A stretch of DNA of 50,999 bases, the filler included, from Jimgerdemannia flammicorona (lineage: Eukaryota): NCBI GenBank assembly GCA_003990765.1. It is 2 parts of 2 records of this genome, joined end to end, with 100 filler letters (N's around TTAATTAATTAA, not from the genome) between each part and the next. Parts side by side here need not be neighbours in the genome. Positions count along the whole stretch, not along the records: positions 25,551 to 50,999 come from RBNJ01000831.1; 1 more part is not named here. The stretch is one strand, 5' to 3'. Position numbers and translations under genes: made by a program. Shown here piece after piece: positions 40,095 to 50,999 of this stretch (positions are counted from its first letter, which is position 1; the number at the start of each line of letters is the position of its first letter). The notes below the pieces were generated by a model, which was not told the DNA's origin, searched no databases, and saw only the letters and a program-made list of their open reading frames with translations.

Positions 40095-41572
40095 ATATTA
40101 TCTAAGTATACTTAAATAAATACTTTAAGATATTTTCAAAATATATCATTCATCAGTAACTAAAAGATTACTAATATATTAGTAAGTCTAAAAGATATTA
40201 TATAGAATTTAAAATATTCAAATTTTGTTTAAAATATTATTTTTGGAATATCTTCTTTCTTAATATAAATTTGGTGATATTTAAATATAAGATCAATAAG
40301 TAAAAAAGTCTTAGTATTATATATTTAGTCAAGTAGTTTATTAATTTATAGAAGTATATATTACTTCTTAACAGATATTTTGTTAAGTATTTAGTAATCA
40401 ATATATATATAGAGGCTTCTATCTTTCTTTCAAATAAAGAGGATTAGTATACTATCCTCAGATATCACTGGTAACTCAAATAGGATTGATAAGAATTATA
40501 TATTATAGTTTTGTACAGACTTGAGTTACTTGATGTTTGCTAACTTGTCTCTGGCTAGTTTGGTAGCATTAACAGGCTTGAACTGCTTGTGAAGAGCTCT
40601 CTTGAAGGCTTTCTAGTCTCTGATTCATACATATGAGTGTACAGAAGTAACTATGATATGATTGTATCACTAGATAGCTGTATTTCCTTAGAGAAGTATG
40701 GTGGTAAATTGGACTTGCATGTTATCTTCCATTCTTGTGAGCTTGAAGTATTGGTCTAACTGGAAGATTCATGCATCTGTAGATAGTCCTTCTCAATGGC
40801 TATTGAAGGTATCTGGCTTGAGTAGCTTGAAACTAACTAATGCTATAGTGGAATATAATATACTTACAGTTTGTATTTTCTGCTATTTTAGTTGTACTTG
40901 AAGTTCTTGGATTTGGTGGACTATAGTATTGATTATGTCCTTTATACTAAGTTGCTGTCCTCCTGCTTCTTCTGTAGCAGAGGGGTCTGGCTGGTAGACT
41001 GACTCTTTGTAGCTTATTTCAGATTCATGTAACTATTTGTGACTAGTTTCTGAATTCATGTGAGGTTTCTTAATAAGGCAAGGTGTAATGACACTACTGC
41101 TATCAAGTGTAACAGTTCTAGTTTCTTTAAGAGGAAGTGGCTAAATCTGGAAGTTCTAGTTGACCTAAAGTAGTTCAAAGAGATACTTAAAAGTTCAAGT
41201 ATTTTTGAAGAATTTCTGGGAGAAAAATATTCTGAGCTTTATTCAGATAGAGAATAAGAATATTTATATATGATCTGAAAGAAAGATCTGGAAGGATCTT
41301 GGAAAGAAAGAAAAATGCCAAGAAATAGGTTTTCAGCAAAGCTGACTAATACTATTCTACAATGTTCTGAAAGGTTCCATGATTAGCTAAGATAAGATAC
41401 TTAGTACCAAGGAAAGACAAGAATGTTCTAGTAGTGTCTGGATGCTGAGAGAAGGTTTCTAAGCAAGTAGAAGATAGTGGAACATAGTAGAATGTTCAAG
41501 AAATGATAAGAAAAGACTAACTAAAAGATGCAAAAATGTACTAAGACTAAATATGACTGTGAAATTGTTATA
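40095..41572 (-). mobile_element. Second family A copy: 5' LTR (41108-41572), PBS and degenerate gag
   Basis: PBS TGATAGCAG (compare tRNA-iMet-type TGGTAGCAG). Gag-like KPDTFNSH..IFQLDQYF..KAFKRALHKQFKPVN..ARDKL. Confidence 0.75.
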
Positions 41573-42752
41573 ATATTTCTCTGATTTCCTTTACCACATC
41601 TCTTAAGTAAGCAGTTATTTCTGCAAACTTCTTGGCTAGTTTCTCCATGAGATCATTGTTTCTTTGCTGCTTAGTAGCTCTTAGTTGAGATATATTTTGA
41701 TTGATCACTATAGTAGAGATTACACTAGTTATCTTGAATACTTTGATTCTAACTTCAGTGACTCTTTTTATTATATAGTCTTGTAGATATCTAGCTATCC
41801 AGTATTGCTTAGTATAGGTGATCTTTTGTACCAGATCTAAGACTACTAGTGATAAGTGGATGGCTAAAACTATTTCTAAATAGACTCTCTTTATAAAGAT
41901 TACTTTAACTACTTGATCTCAGATAGCAGTATCATAATCTATAAGGATTATTTAATATCAAATTCTGGTATAGAATGTATTTAGATCCTCACTCATTTCT
42001 TATATAAGTTATAGTTGTAAATACTGCTCTTACTAAGTCTCAGAGACTAAAGAGCATGAGGACTACTTGCTATCATACTGTCAGGATTCTTATAATAGTA
42101 TATTGCTCAAAATCATCAATGAAGATAATGATTGATTCATCTGAAGTATATCTATAGAATACTAGTAGTCTTATATCTATCTTGTCTAAATGTCTTGGTT
42201 TAATTTATATGGTTATTCAGATAGTAGTAATTATTTATTATTTAGCTTAAAAGTGAGAAATTTATCTTAAATTACTAGCCAATAAGTACTAAGTTATAAT
42301 GTAGCAGATATATAACTGTATAAGTATGTTAGATTTCTATATCTTGAAAACTTGATCTTATAGAGTTCTTCAGATATAGAGGTAGATGAGTTTGAAGTAT
42401 ATCTGTCTGCAGGCTTACTAGTTCTCTTACTTTTTCTTTACTTTGAACTATTTCAATCTGAGGTTTATTCACTCTAGATATGTGCTGGAGATATTTATAT
42501 AAGTTTGCTAGCTATAAGATAACTAAGTTATGACTATATTTTCTGTAAGTCACTTTTTATAAGTATTAAATCTATAACATCTGTTAAATCTTAATATTTG
42601 TAAAAATGTTAACATTTGTCAAAACTTTAATATTTGTGAAATAACTGCTATTTATAAGGCTATTCTATATTTGGGAATCAGATTCAAATACTATAATTAA
42701 ATATCTATTCTCCTGATTTATATTCCTAATTCAGATCAACTATCACATTATA
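41573..42752 (-). mobile_element. Older family B copy: gag fragment, PBS and 5' LTR (about 42295-42752)
   Basis: Aligns by eye to 38260-39300 (for example ctttaccacatctc, acttgatctcagatagcag, tgcaggcttactagtt) with many more C>T/G>A changes. Confidence 0.85.
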
Positions 42753-42839
42753 TATATAAGCTATTATCAGTTAAATAGAAGTTAATTACTTATAAAAAAA
42801 AAAAACTACTAATAATCATATATATTTTAGATTTCTAGA

Positions 42840-43420
42840 GATATTATCTAGAAGATATTGAATTTAATATTATTACTAATTATCAATCTCTCAAGTATAT
42901 TAATACTCAATCTACTTTATTATATCAATAAGCTAAGTAGAGCCAAAAGCTTCAAACCTTCAATCTGATACATAATTATCTATAAGCTTGGTAAGACACT
43001 TATAGTATTAGATATCTTATTAAGATATTTAGACCTTATTATAATAATATAAGTTATCTTGATATCAGAATTTCTAGATAAAATTAGATAAAATTTCCAA
43101 AGAAGATACTATTGCTACTAGAGTTTTTTTGAACAATCTTAAGGATATATACTATTAAGAATAATCTGATATATTATTAAAATAAATTTTATCTATTAAG
43201 TAATATAAAACTCCACTATAAGATATTATGAGAATATTATAACTCACTATTTGCTAATTATCTTAGAATTGAGAAAACTATTAAAACCCTTCAGTAATAC
43301 TATTACTGGTCTAATATAATCAAGAAAATCAAGAACTATATTACTAGTTATAATCTATACTAGTATGTAAGCCTAGTAACTAAGACCAGCTAGTCTACTT
43401 TAGTCTTTGTCAATTTCTTT
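42840..43420 (+). mobile_element. Third family A fragment (RNase H to integrase Zn-finger region)
   Basis: Similar to 30970-31530 (aagcttcaaac, aagaagatacta, tcttagaattgagaaaact, aagaactatatt). Confidence 0.75.
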
Positions 43421-43575
43421 AAGTTATATAATATAACTTTCTCAAACATAAGTAGGCTTGAACTATTTCTACATCTGCCATATTGTAAATATATATATGG
43501 ATGGATTGAGGTGCAGTTCTTCATTCCTCAACCTTGATATTCATCACTACGGAATGTTGGTTTATAGTTTGCAAA

Positions 43576-43613
<38 letters not shown>

Positions 43614-43757
43614 TGCATGTAACCTGCGGTTAAAACCAAGTGAGATAAATACTCATTACTCATTTTGCCCTTGACGTTCTAAGTCCGTGAATCGGTTTTA
43701 CCTTCCACGAGAGGATTACCTTGAGATGAGGCGTAGAGCGCGATTGTATATATTTGT

Positions 43758-43792
<35 letters not shown>

Positions 43793-44137
43793 GCATAGAA
43801 TCTTACTACAAGCACTGGCTGTAGAGATCGGGTTCATTCTTTCACACACAACCTAAACAATACTGAAAAACACGAACAAGCGTAAAGGGCAGAAAGTATA
43901 CTTTATTTGCGTTGGCTCTCAAGAAAAGTAGAGTGGTCAAGAAACGGATGGAATAAGGGCCACGACGGCCGGTAAAGATGGTAGGGTACTGCCAAGGTGA
44001 TATTTCTCATCGCATTTCGGAATGTACAGATAGTCTCGGGTATTAAGGGCAAAACCTCACTCTGTAGGAAGTTGTTATGCCAGTGCAGTTTGAATTATCG
44101 AAGTATTAAGTGTTATTTGTTGATATATTAACGTCGA

Positions 44138-46058
44138 TCAATGGTACGCCGGCAGCTGCTCCCTAGTTGACGGTCCGTCATCAACGTAAGCGGGTGCCAA
44201 GCTCGACGCATCCTCGCCAAAGAGGGCGTCCAACTTGGCGACGTCTTCTTCCCCATCAAGGATCAACTCAAAGGTTCGTCGGCGTGCTGTCAGCCAGTTG
44301 CTTCGCATCTTCTTCAGAGGGGCATCATGCTGCTCTATCTGCGCGCGTGCTTGGGCTAGCGTGCTCTCGCATCGTTCAAGAGATTGCCTGCATCCTTTGC
44401 GAATCTTCCAGAAATAATCCTTGACGTCCTCCATGGATACTTTGTAATTGATAACACATAAGATAGTCTGCGTTGGTATAAAGAAATCTGTAGTGCGGTG
44501 CGAACAATAAACGTACATTGCGAAAGGATGGTTTTGCCTTTAGGAATCTCAGGCGGTGTCGGGATTTCCAGCTCCGATTCGGGAAGATACTGTCGCGCGG
44601 CTTCAATTTCTCTCTTAATGGAATCTGGAATGACAAAGTCTAGAGCGTTTTACGCAATAAATACCAGTATCTTTTTCCTAGTGCGCTGTGAGTTCTGATA
44701 GCGATAGGTGTCGGGAATACCATATATGCGTACCTTTTGCTGTGGCACTGGTGAGCGTTGTAGTAACCATCCTTACTCCCGATTGTGGGACGCGAAATCT
44801 GATTCACTGTATATATCGCCCTGGCAAAACCTTCATCAATAGTTTTCATGTGTAAAATCGCTTGAAGATACCGAGAAACATTCTCCTTTGCCTAAATGAT
44901 GATTGTCGATCAGTCACAGAGGACGAGGCCGCAAAAGAGCAAAATGTCCTGGGCATGCGCGTACCTGTGATACGGTTTGCTCGAGAAATGATACTTCACT
45001 CTGTACCGCCTTTTCGTTGCGGAAATCTTGACGAAATAAGGCGAGGGTTTGAGCATAATATCTTCGTACGAAAGGCCAAGGTGTAATAACAGTCGGTTTC
45101 GTAATAAAATATCAAATATATATAATAAAGGTATATACTGAATTCGGGATTGTCGAAGATCTTGGGAGAGTAGAACAAGTGTTAATCGACTTGATGCTCA
45201 ATCAGTGCGCGTGATTTAACACAATATATGGCACTACGATAAAGACATACCTCAGCGTAAATAACCATCAACTTTGTCTGCTCTTTCTCCAACTTCATCT
45301 TATCCTCGAAAAGGCGATCGATCTATTATACAAGGTGATTGAACCGTGAATTATGGCATCAGCGACACTGCAAGACGACAAATGTGGAAGCTGGACAATG
45401 AAATCCGAAACAGGGGACGTATATACCAGTTCGACCTCTTTGGCGTAATCAATTTTCAACTGCTCCAGCTTTTGCTTAGCGTTGTTTTCTTCTTGCATGG
45501 CGGCCTTGAATGATTCCTCCCTCTTCTCCTTACCCTACGGAACCAAGGACAGGAAATACAATAAGCCTCGGCAACAATTTGATGCAGATCAATAGTATAT
45601 GAACACAGACCTTCGTTAATTTGTCGAAGCCAAAATGACTTGTTTTCGTAGTCTTTTCCCATTGCTTTTGTCTGGTGTGCGGGATCGGCGTGGAGACATT
45701 CATAATTCGCCGGGATTATGAACGCACGAAAACATCTCCCCCATCCCCCCCCTCCCCATGCTCACGTTTTCTCCTTCAACGCAATCAGCGATTTGTCCGT
45801 CTCCGTAATCATCTTCTCCAACCCCCCCATGCTCTTGGTATGCTCTTCCAACTGATCGCACACATCATAGAAGCGATTGGCAGACGTTCGCACGGCGGCA
45901 AACTCGTCGGCGTATGCCCGTGCGATGTAGGAAAGCGTGTAGATGGCCATGAGGTTTTTTTGGTTGGAGTGATTCCTAAGCAAGAGCCTCGGTTGCTCTG
46001 TATTTGTATTTTGTATTTGAACAAGGGCTGATGGTCGATCGCACACGGAGACCTCCAT
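44138..46058 (-). CDS. Hypothetical multi-exon, probably coiled-coil protein
   Basis: Coding-like pieces with GT-AG boundaries: MEVSVCDRP..IALKEK, KAMGKDYENKSFWLRQINE, GKEKREESFKAAMQEENNAKQKLEQLK, and a terminal ..LAQARAQIEQHDAPLKKMRSNWLTARRRTFELIL..PAYH*. The exact exon structure is unresolved and no family was recognised. Confidence 0.55.
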
Positions 46059-46638
46059 TACGACATGATGTCACATGCGCTCTTCTATTGTGTGACCAGT
46101 CGACAAAAATGTTCCATGTGACTACTCAACAAATATCGAAGAAATCTAGACAGCATGTATAACTCGCTACCCGCCAGTTTGCACCGCTTAATATAGACCC
46201 TGTATTTTATTTTGTTTTGTTTTAAATCATGCGGTATTGCTCGGATGTCTGGTTTTAACTCAATCCCATTTCACATGATCGAATATGACCTGCAGGGAAT
46301 CATATTTCTCTAGGTACCGCGAGCACACAAGTAAGGTTTCGATGATCCGGTTCACTGACCAAACATGAGTATCGAAATTCTTGCCCCTTTTTGTTTTTTG
46401 TTTTTTTAAGGAGCGATAGGTTTTGGCGAGATGTTTATTGTAACAGTATTTTACACTAAATGCCAAATCACATCAAAAGACGCTACAGAAGTAGTTTACA
46501 AAAAGTGAAAGATACTTTTATACTGAAAAAGGACAAGTTTATGAACAAAACTAAGATAGTACGCCGTTTAAGATATCTATAATCCTACGTACACTGTACG
46601 TTGCCTGTATATTACATATCGGTGTCTGTACGTATGAC

Positions 46639-49354
46639 TCAATACCGCTTCTTGAATTTGATCCAGAGTTTATAGGGAGAGAGGAGACCTTGGCTGTGTG
46701 AGTTGAGCTTTAGCCCGTCTTTGTGAATCGAATCCGTAGGGAGCGACCAGTTTGAATATTTGTGAACTAAGACGGAAACCGAAAGTGGCATGTCAATGAC
46801 AAAGCAAGGGTTGCTTTTTATATTGATAACGATAGATTTATCTGAGTGCGGCTGAAACTTACGGAGCATCATCAAGACAACACGTTGTTGGATCAAGCTA
46901 AAGTTCATGCCAAGGCATTGGCGAGAGCCACCTCTGCATGAATAAGAATTTTTTGAGTTAAAACCGCGAGACAATGCATAGTGCCAGCACCACAATATTT
47001 GGCAAATGACATGCACCATTTAGTTTAAAGTTACATACCCGAAAGGCATCCATGTGCAACTCCCGGGCGCCTTCGATTCATACTCACCGCCCTCGGCAAA
47101 TCGGTCAGGATCAAATCGCTCAGAATCCTCCCACGCCTGCGGGCTATGGTGGATTGCGAATATGTCCAAAACTACGTGGCTACCCTTGGGAACAAAGTGC
47201 GAGCCCAGCTGGATATCTTCAGTTGCAACGCGTGTCATGACTGAGGCTGAAACAACAACATATCATACGTTAGAAATAGAATATTCTCAAAACCGTAATA
47301 TACCAATTTTTATATGGGATATATACCTGTCGGTGGGTTGCAACGCATTGTCTAATAAAAGTACATCTGCGACTTAGATTTACTGACAATAAGGGATTAT
47401 GTAGCTGCTTGTATGAAAGAAATTCCCTTCCTCACCTCTTTCATGACTGCGTTAACGTATTTGAGATCTTTGGTTTGCTCCAAGGTCGGAGCTACAGGAT
47501 GTAGCTCGTCGCCTAATATCCTCAAGACTTCATCACGGGCCTTTTTCTGCATATCTTGATTGACAGCAAGGTAGTACATTGCGCACGAGAGCGCAATAGA
47601 TGTTGTATCATGGCCTGTAGAGGGATAATGAGGGTTAAGTTGATATTTTCGAAGAAACGTATATACTCGTGAACACTACATTTTTGGCGCTGTGGCCTTG
47701 AGGAGGGAAAATGCTTTTTGTCACCTGCAATGAAAAATATGGCTATATTGTCCTAGATGTCCAATTGAATATGGTATTTTGGCAATGATGAGTCGGATAA
47801 AGCTTCAAAATACTGTGCGTAACAGCCATGGTTCAAATTGATCAAGGCATGAAAAACGAATTGTATACACATACCCTCAACTCCTTATCGCTTAGTCCTA
47901 TCCCATCCGCCTCCGACTGATTGGCCTCAATCATCATTGTCAACAAGTCAGTTTCCTCATCCTTGGAAATAATGTATCGGTTTTTCCGTTTCCTGAACTC
48001 ATTTTTCCTCTTTTCAATAATTGTCATGAATAACTCGTTCAGTATGTCGACCTTTTGGTAAACCTTGCGACGTTTGGGGAAAAGCCATCGGAGATTGTTG
48101 TCGATGAAAGGGAAGAGAAAAAAGAGAGGACTATCCATGCCGTTTATCACGTCGTTATAAGCGGAGGCCCAGCCACCTTCAGGGTTAGTAAGAGCCTGAT
48201 GTGTTGAAACCCAGTGGTTAGTGACAATTTTATGTGTAAGTATTTTGGAAGTGGTCAAATTATAGTTGAATGCCATAGAAGCGCTTACATCAAAGTTGAA
48301 GTTAAACGCGGCTTTTCCGATGACGTCTAAAGTAAATCTGTTGAAAAATAATGATACATGAACAATCCTTAATGTTCGATCTGATAACCTTTTGTCGCGA
48401 CCAAGAAACTGAGCTTACCTTTGTACGACACTGTTCACTTCGACAAAATTTCCCTCCTTTTCGAACACCTCGAACATTCGAGAAGCGAGGCTGCTAAAGA
48501 GCTTGATGGGCATGGCGCGGTGAAATGCTTTTATTATTTATTTTTAGAGGCAGGCGAGAAAATGGTTAATTCAGCAAGCAAACGGTAAGTGTTATTATAA
48601 TTAGACCATATAGCCCCTTAATCGTTAAATTGAGAGTAGCATCACTCACCAGGATTCGTAATTCTACGATGCCGCTTCCAGATGTCACCATTCTGGAATA
48701 CGATGTTCTGATTTCCGAGAAATCGGGCAAACAGCGTTTTTTCGCGCAAGTCTACGGCTTTGGGCAAAAGATCTTGTGTTTGATGTGGAAAATGGATAAG
48801 AGTGAGAACATTTGGCTAGGCCACGAAGAATGTCAGAATGGCATTACAAAAAGCTAGAATGTTTTTTACCGGGTCGCATGAGCAGCTTCTTGGTGTATTC
48901 CAAGTTTGATATTACGACGACCCATTTCCCTCTTCCATACTTCTGTTGAGTGATGAGTATTTTGTTTGATTCTTAATGACTTTCACGAATTGTCCCTAGC
49001 GCAAAATAACTTTCACTTTTTTTCTTGTCTACTTACCCGAGCGATTCCGTCATTGCCTTCCAGTTTCGGAATGATTAATCTCCTGTTTCTTTGAGCCGCC
49101 GACTCACCACTGAAAAAGGATTGTAACGTTGCCCAGAAAGGTATAGCAGGTATGTGCTTCAGGTTGGGCGGAACAACGATGCTTTTGTATATCTTGTAGG
49201 CGTAGAAAAGACCGATCGCCAAAATGATGTACTTCGCATGCATCATTGACCATAGCCCCGAGAAGATACCTGTGGAGGTCAAATCAGAACTTGAGTGCAT
49301 AGTGAAGTTTCTCTTGGAGGACGCCAGAGTGGTCATGAACTGTGGTGCGGTCAT
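46639..49354 (-). CDS. Cytochrome P450, many exons
   Basis: N-terminal TM segment and VPPNLKHIP hinge; WKRHR; I-helix IFFIA|GHDTTS; KE|TMR (ExxR); FDPDRF; heme motif WMPFG|GGSRQCLG. The start Met is uncertain. Confidence 0.93.
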
Positions 49355-50042
49355 GATGGCGGGAATCTGTTCTGCAATTTGGTTTGCTGTAAGCTTTATA
49401 TCATTTGACTAGTCAGAGTAATAATCACGTTGGATAAGTAACACGAAGGGAATGAATAGTATTTTGTAATCAATTTAAGTATTCAAGACCCAAAATGATA
49501 TTCCACCACCCTGCAGGCCAAACCCGGAAAACGTGACACCACATGGTCAAAGCAATTACGAGAATGGAGGTAAAAATGGATCAGTTGACAGGTTTGAGTG
49601 GGTTAAACATCCGCACACACACAGGATAACGAGGTCATGCATATGCTACAATGGATTTTGCCCAATTAGGCGGAGGCAAAATCCATAATATCAAAACCTA
49701 AGCGGATGAATGAGCGGCAGAAGCTGCTGCATCATGCACGTAGAACATTTCTGTTCCATTTACCCTCATTACAAGAGGTCACGACAACCTTATTATCACA
49801 GCAATCGGATCTACGAAGCTAATCAAGAACGTTAATAATCAGACAATGACTGGGAGAGTCCCGTTGGTTGGAAATTTCATACGTCTTTCAAGGAATGTTC
49901 GCACATGTGGGAGAATATCGGTTAAAGGGAATTGGGATGACAAGCAGAGACAAATGGCGGCGGAAGCATCCTCGGGTATACAGCGAATACAAAACTTCAG
50001 TACTGGGCTATACCGACGCGCACGGGCGGTCTCTTTCCACCA

Positions 50043-50074
<32 letters not shown>

Positions 50075-50906
50075 CGTCGCCGCACCTGAAGAATTTTGTG
50101 TTTACCGACCACGACAATCGTGTCATCCGTGCGGGATGTGACGAGAAAGGCAAACCGCAATATGCTTCGATTTTGCACATTGCCGCAGTTCACTAACGAT
50201 TACCAAAGGTGGACAAAAGTCTGCAACTTCATTCGTTCCCATGAGCTTAATTGCTATATATAGTGTAAAAGACGAAGCAAATGAAAGCGTAAAATCCTTT
50301 CCGGATTGAATCTGAATCGGGCCAAAATCAGGATTGGTGGGTTGACGGGTGGATTGATTTCCTAATTGAATACTCTTGCTCGGATTCACATACTTTTTCA
50401 AGAGATGGAGCATGTGTGAGACAAAAGCTCCTTAAACGATCCGAGTAAAATGTGGTGAGATCAGCCTCTATTATCAAGTAAAAAGTATATGTTGCTTACG
50501 CAAGAGAAGGAAGGTCGGCAGTCATAACGGCTTTCGGGATTTAGTCACCGAAAACTAGTACTGTTTATTTTGAATGCGATGACTTGCAGGTCGTGATTAA
50601 TTGTTTTTCTAGTCTGCTGTTCACTTGGTTGTTTATGAAAGCCTTTAAAAAAGTTTGTTCACGTATCCCTCTGTTGAATCACCTGTGCCGCGCACATAGT
50701 ACAGAAGACATTCTTTTTTATGTCCAAACTATGTTCTTAAAAGGGAAACAAAAAGGGTGCCGTTGCCCCCCCTCCCACTCCCTTCTTCCCCTCTTTCTGT
50801 TGAATTACGTGTGTACCGTGCGCATAATGCAGGAGCCATTCTTTTTATACCCAAGTTGGTTATCTTTCCTTACTTAGTTCGTTCTTGAGGCTGGGCGCCG
50901 TTGGCG

Positions 50907-50924
50907 CCCCCCCCCCCCCCCCCC

Positions 50925-50999
<75 letters not shown>
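50907..50999. repeat. Poly-C then poly-T homopolymer at window end
   Basis: About 26 C followed by over 60 T; low complexity, possibly an assembly artefact. Confidence 0.8.

Noticed and set aside
49839..50196. Poly-Pro/poly-Gly ORFs
   Set aside because: They arise from a C homopolymer (about 50043-50071) and show no other coding signal.

Overview
Eukaryotic, intron-rich fungal DNA, most likely an early-diverging (Mucoromycota-like) fungus. That assignment is an inference from a RAD51C orthologue, a two-Grx GLRX3 and gene structure. 1-24.3 kb is a compact housekeeping block arranged largely as divergent pairs: H4/H3, GMF, cornichon, H2A/H2B, uL15, APC1/EMI1, RPN12/GLRX3 and PPTase/RAD51C. A LINE 3' end and an artificial N/TTAATTAATTAA contig linker follow (25451-25550). 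About 27.6-43.5 kb is an AT-rich island of nested Ty3/Gypsy elements of two families, riddled with C>T/G>A transitions. The window ends with a hypothetical coiled-coil gene and a cytochrome P450. The most notable element is the innermost full-length Gypsy (32833-39534, minus). It has a gag-PR-dUTPase-RT-RNaseH ORF, an integrase in a separate overlapping ORF, and a third unknown ORF in the env position. Its two LTRs differ by about 37 substitutions, all transitions (RIP-like or methylation-driven decay). Other oddities are an H4 start codon split by an intron (A^TG) and an H2A ending AQE instead of SQE(L/Y). All counts and alignments were done by eye.
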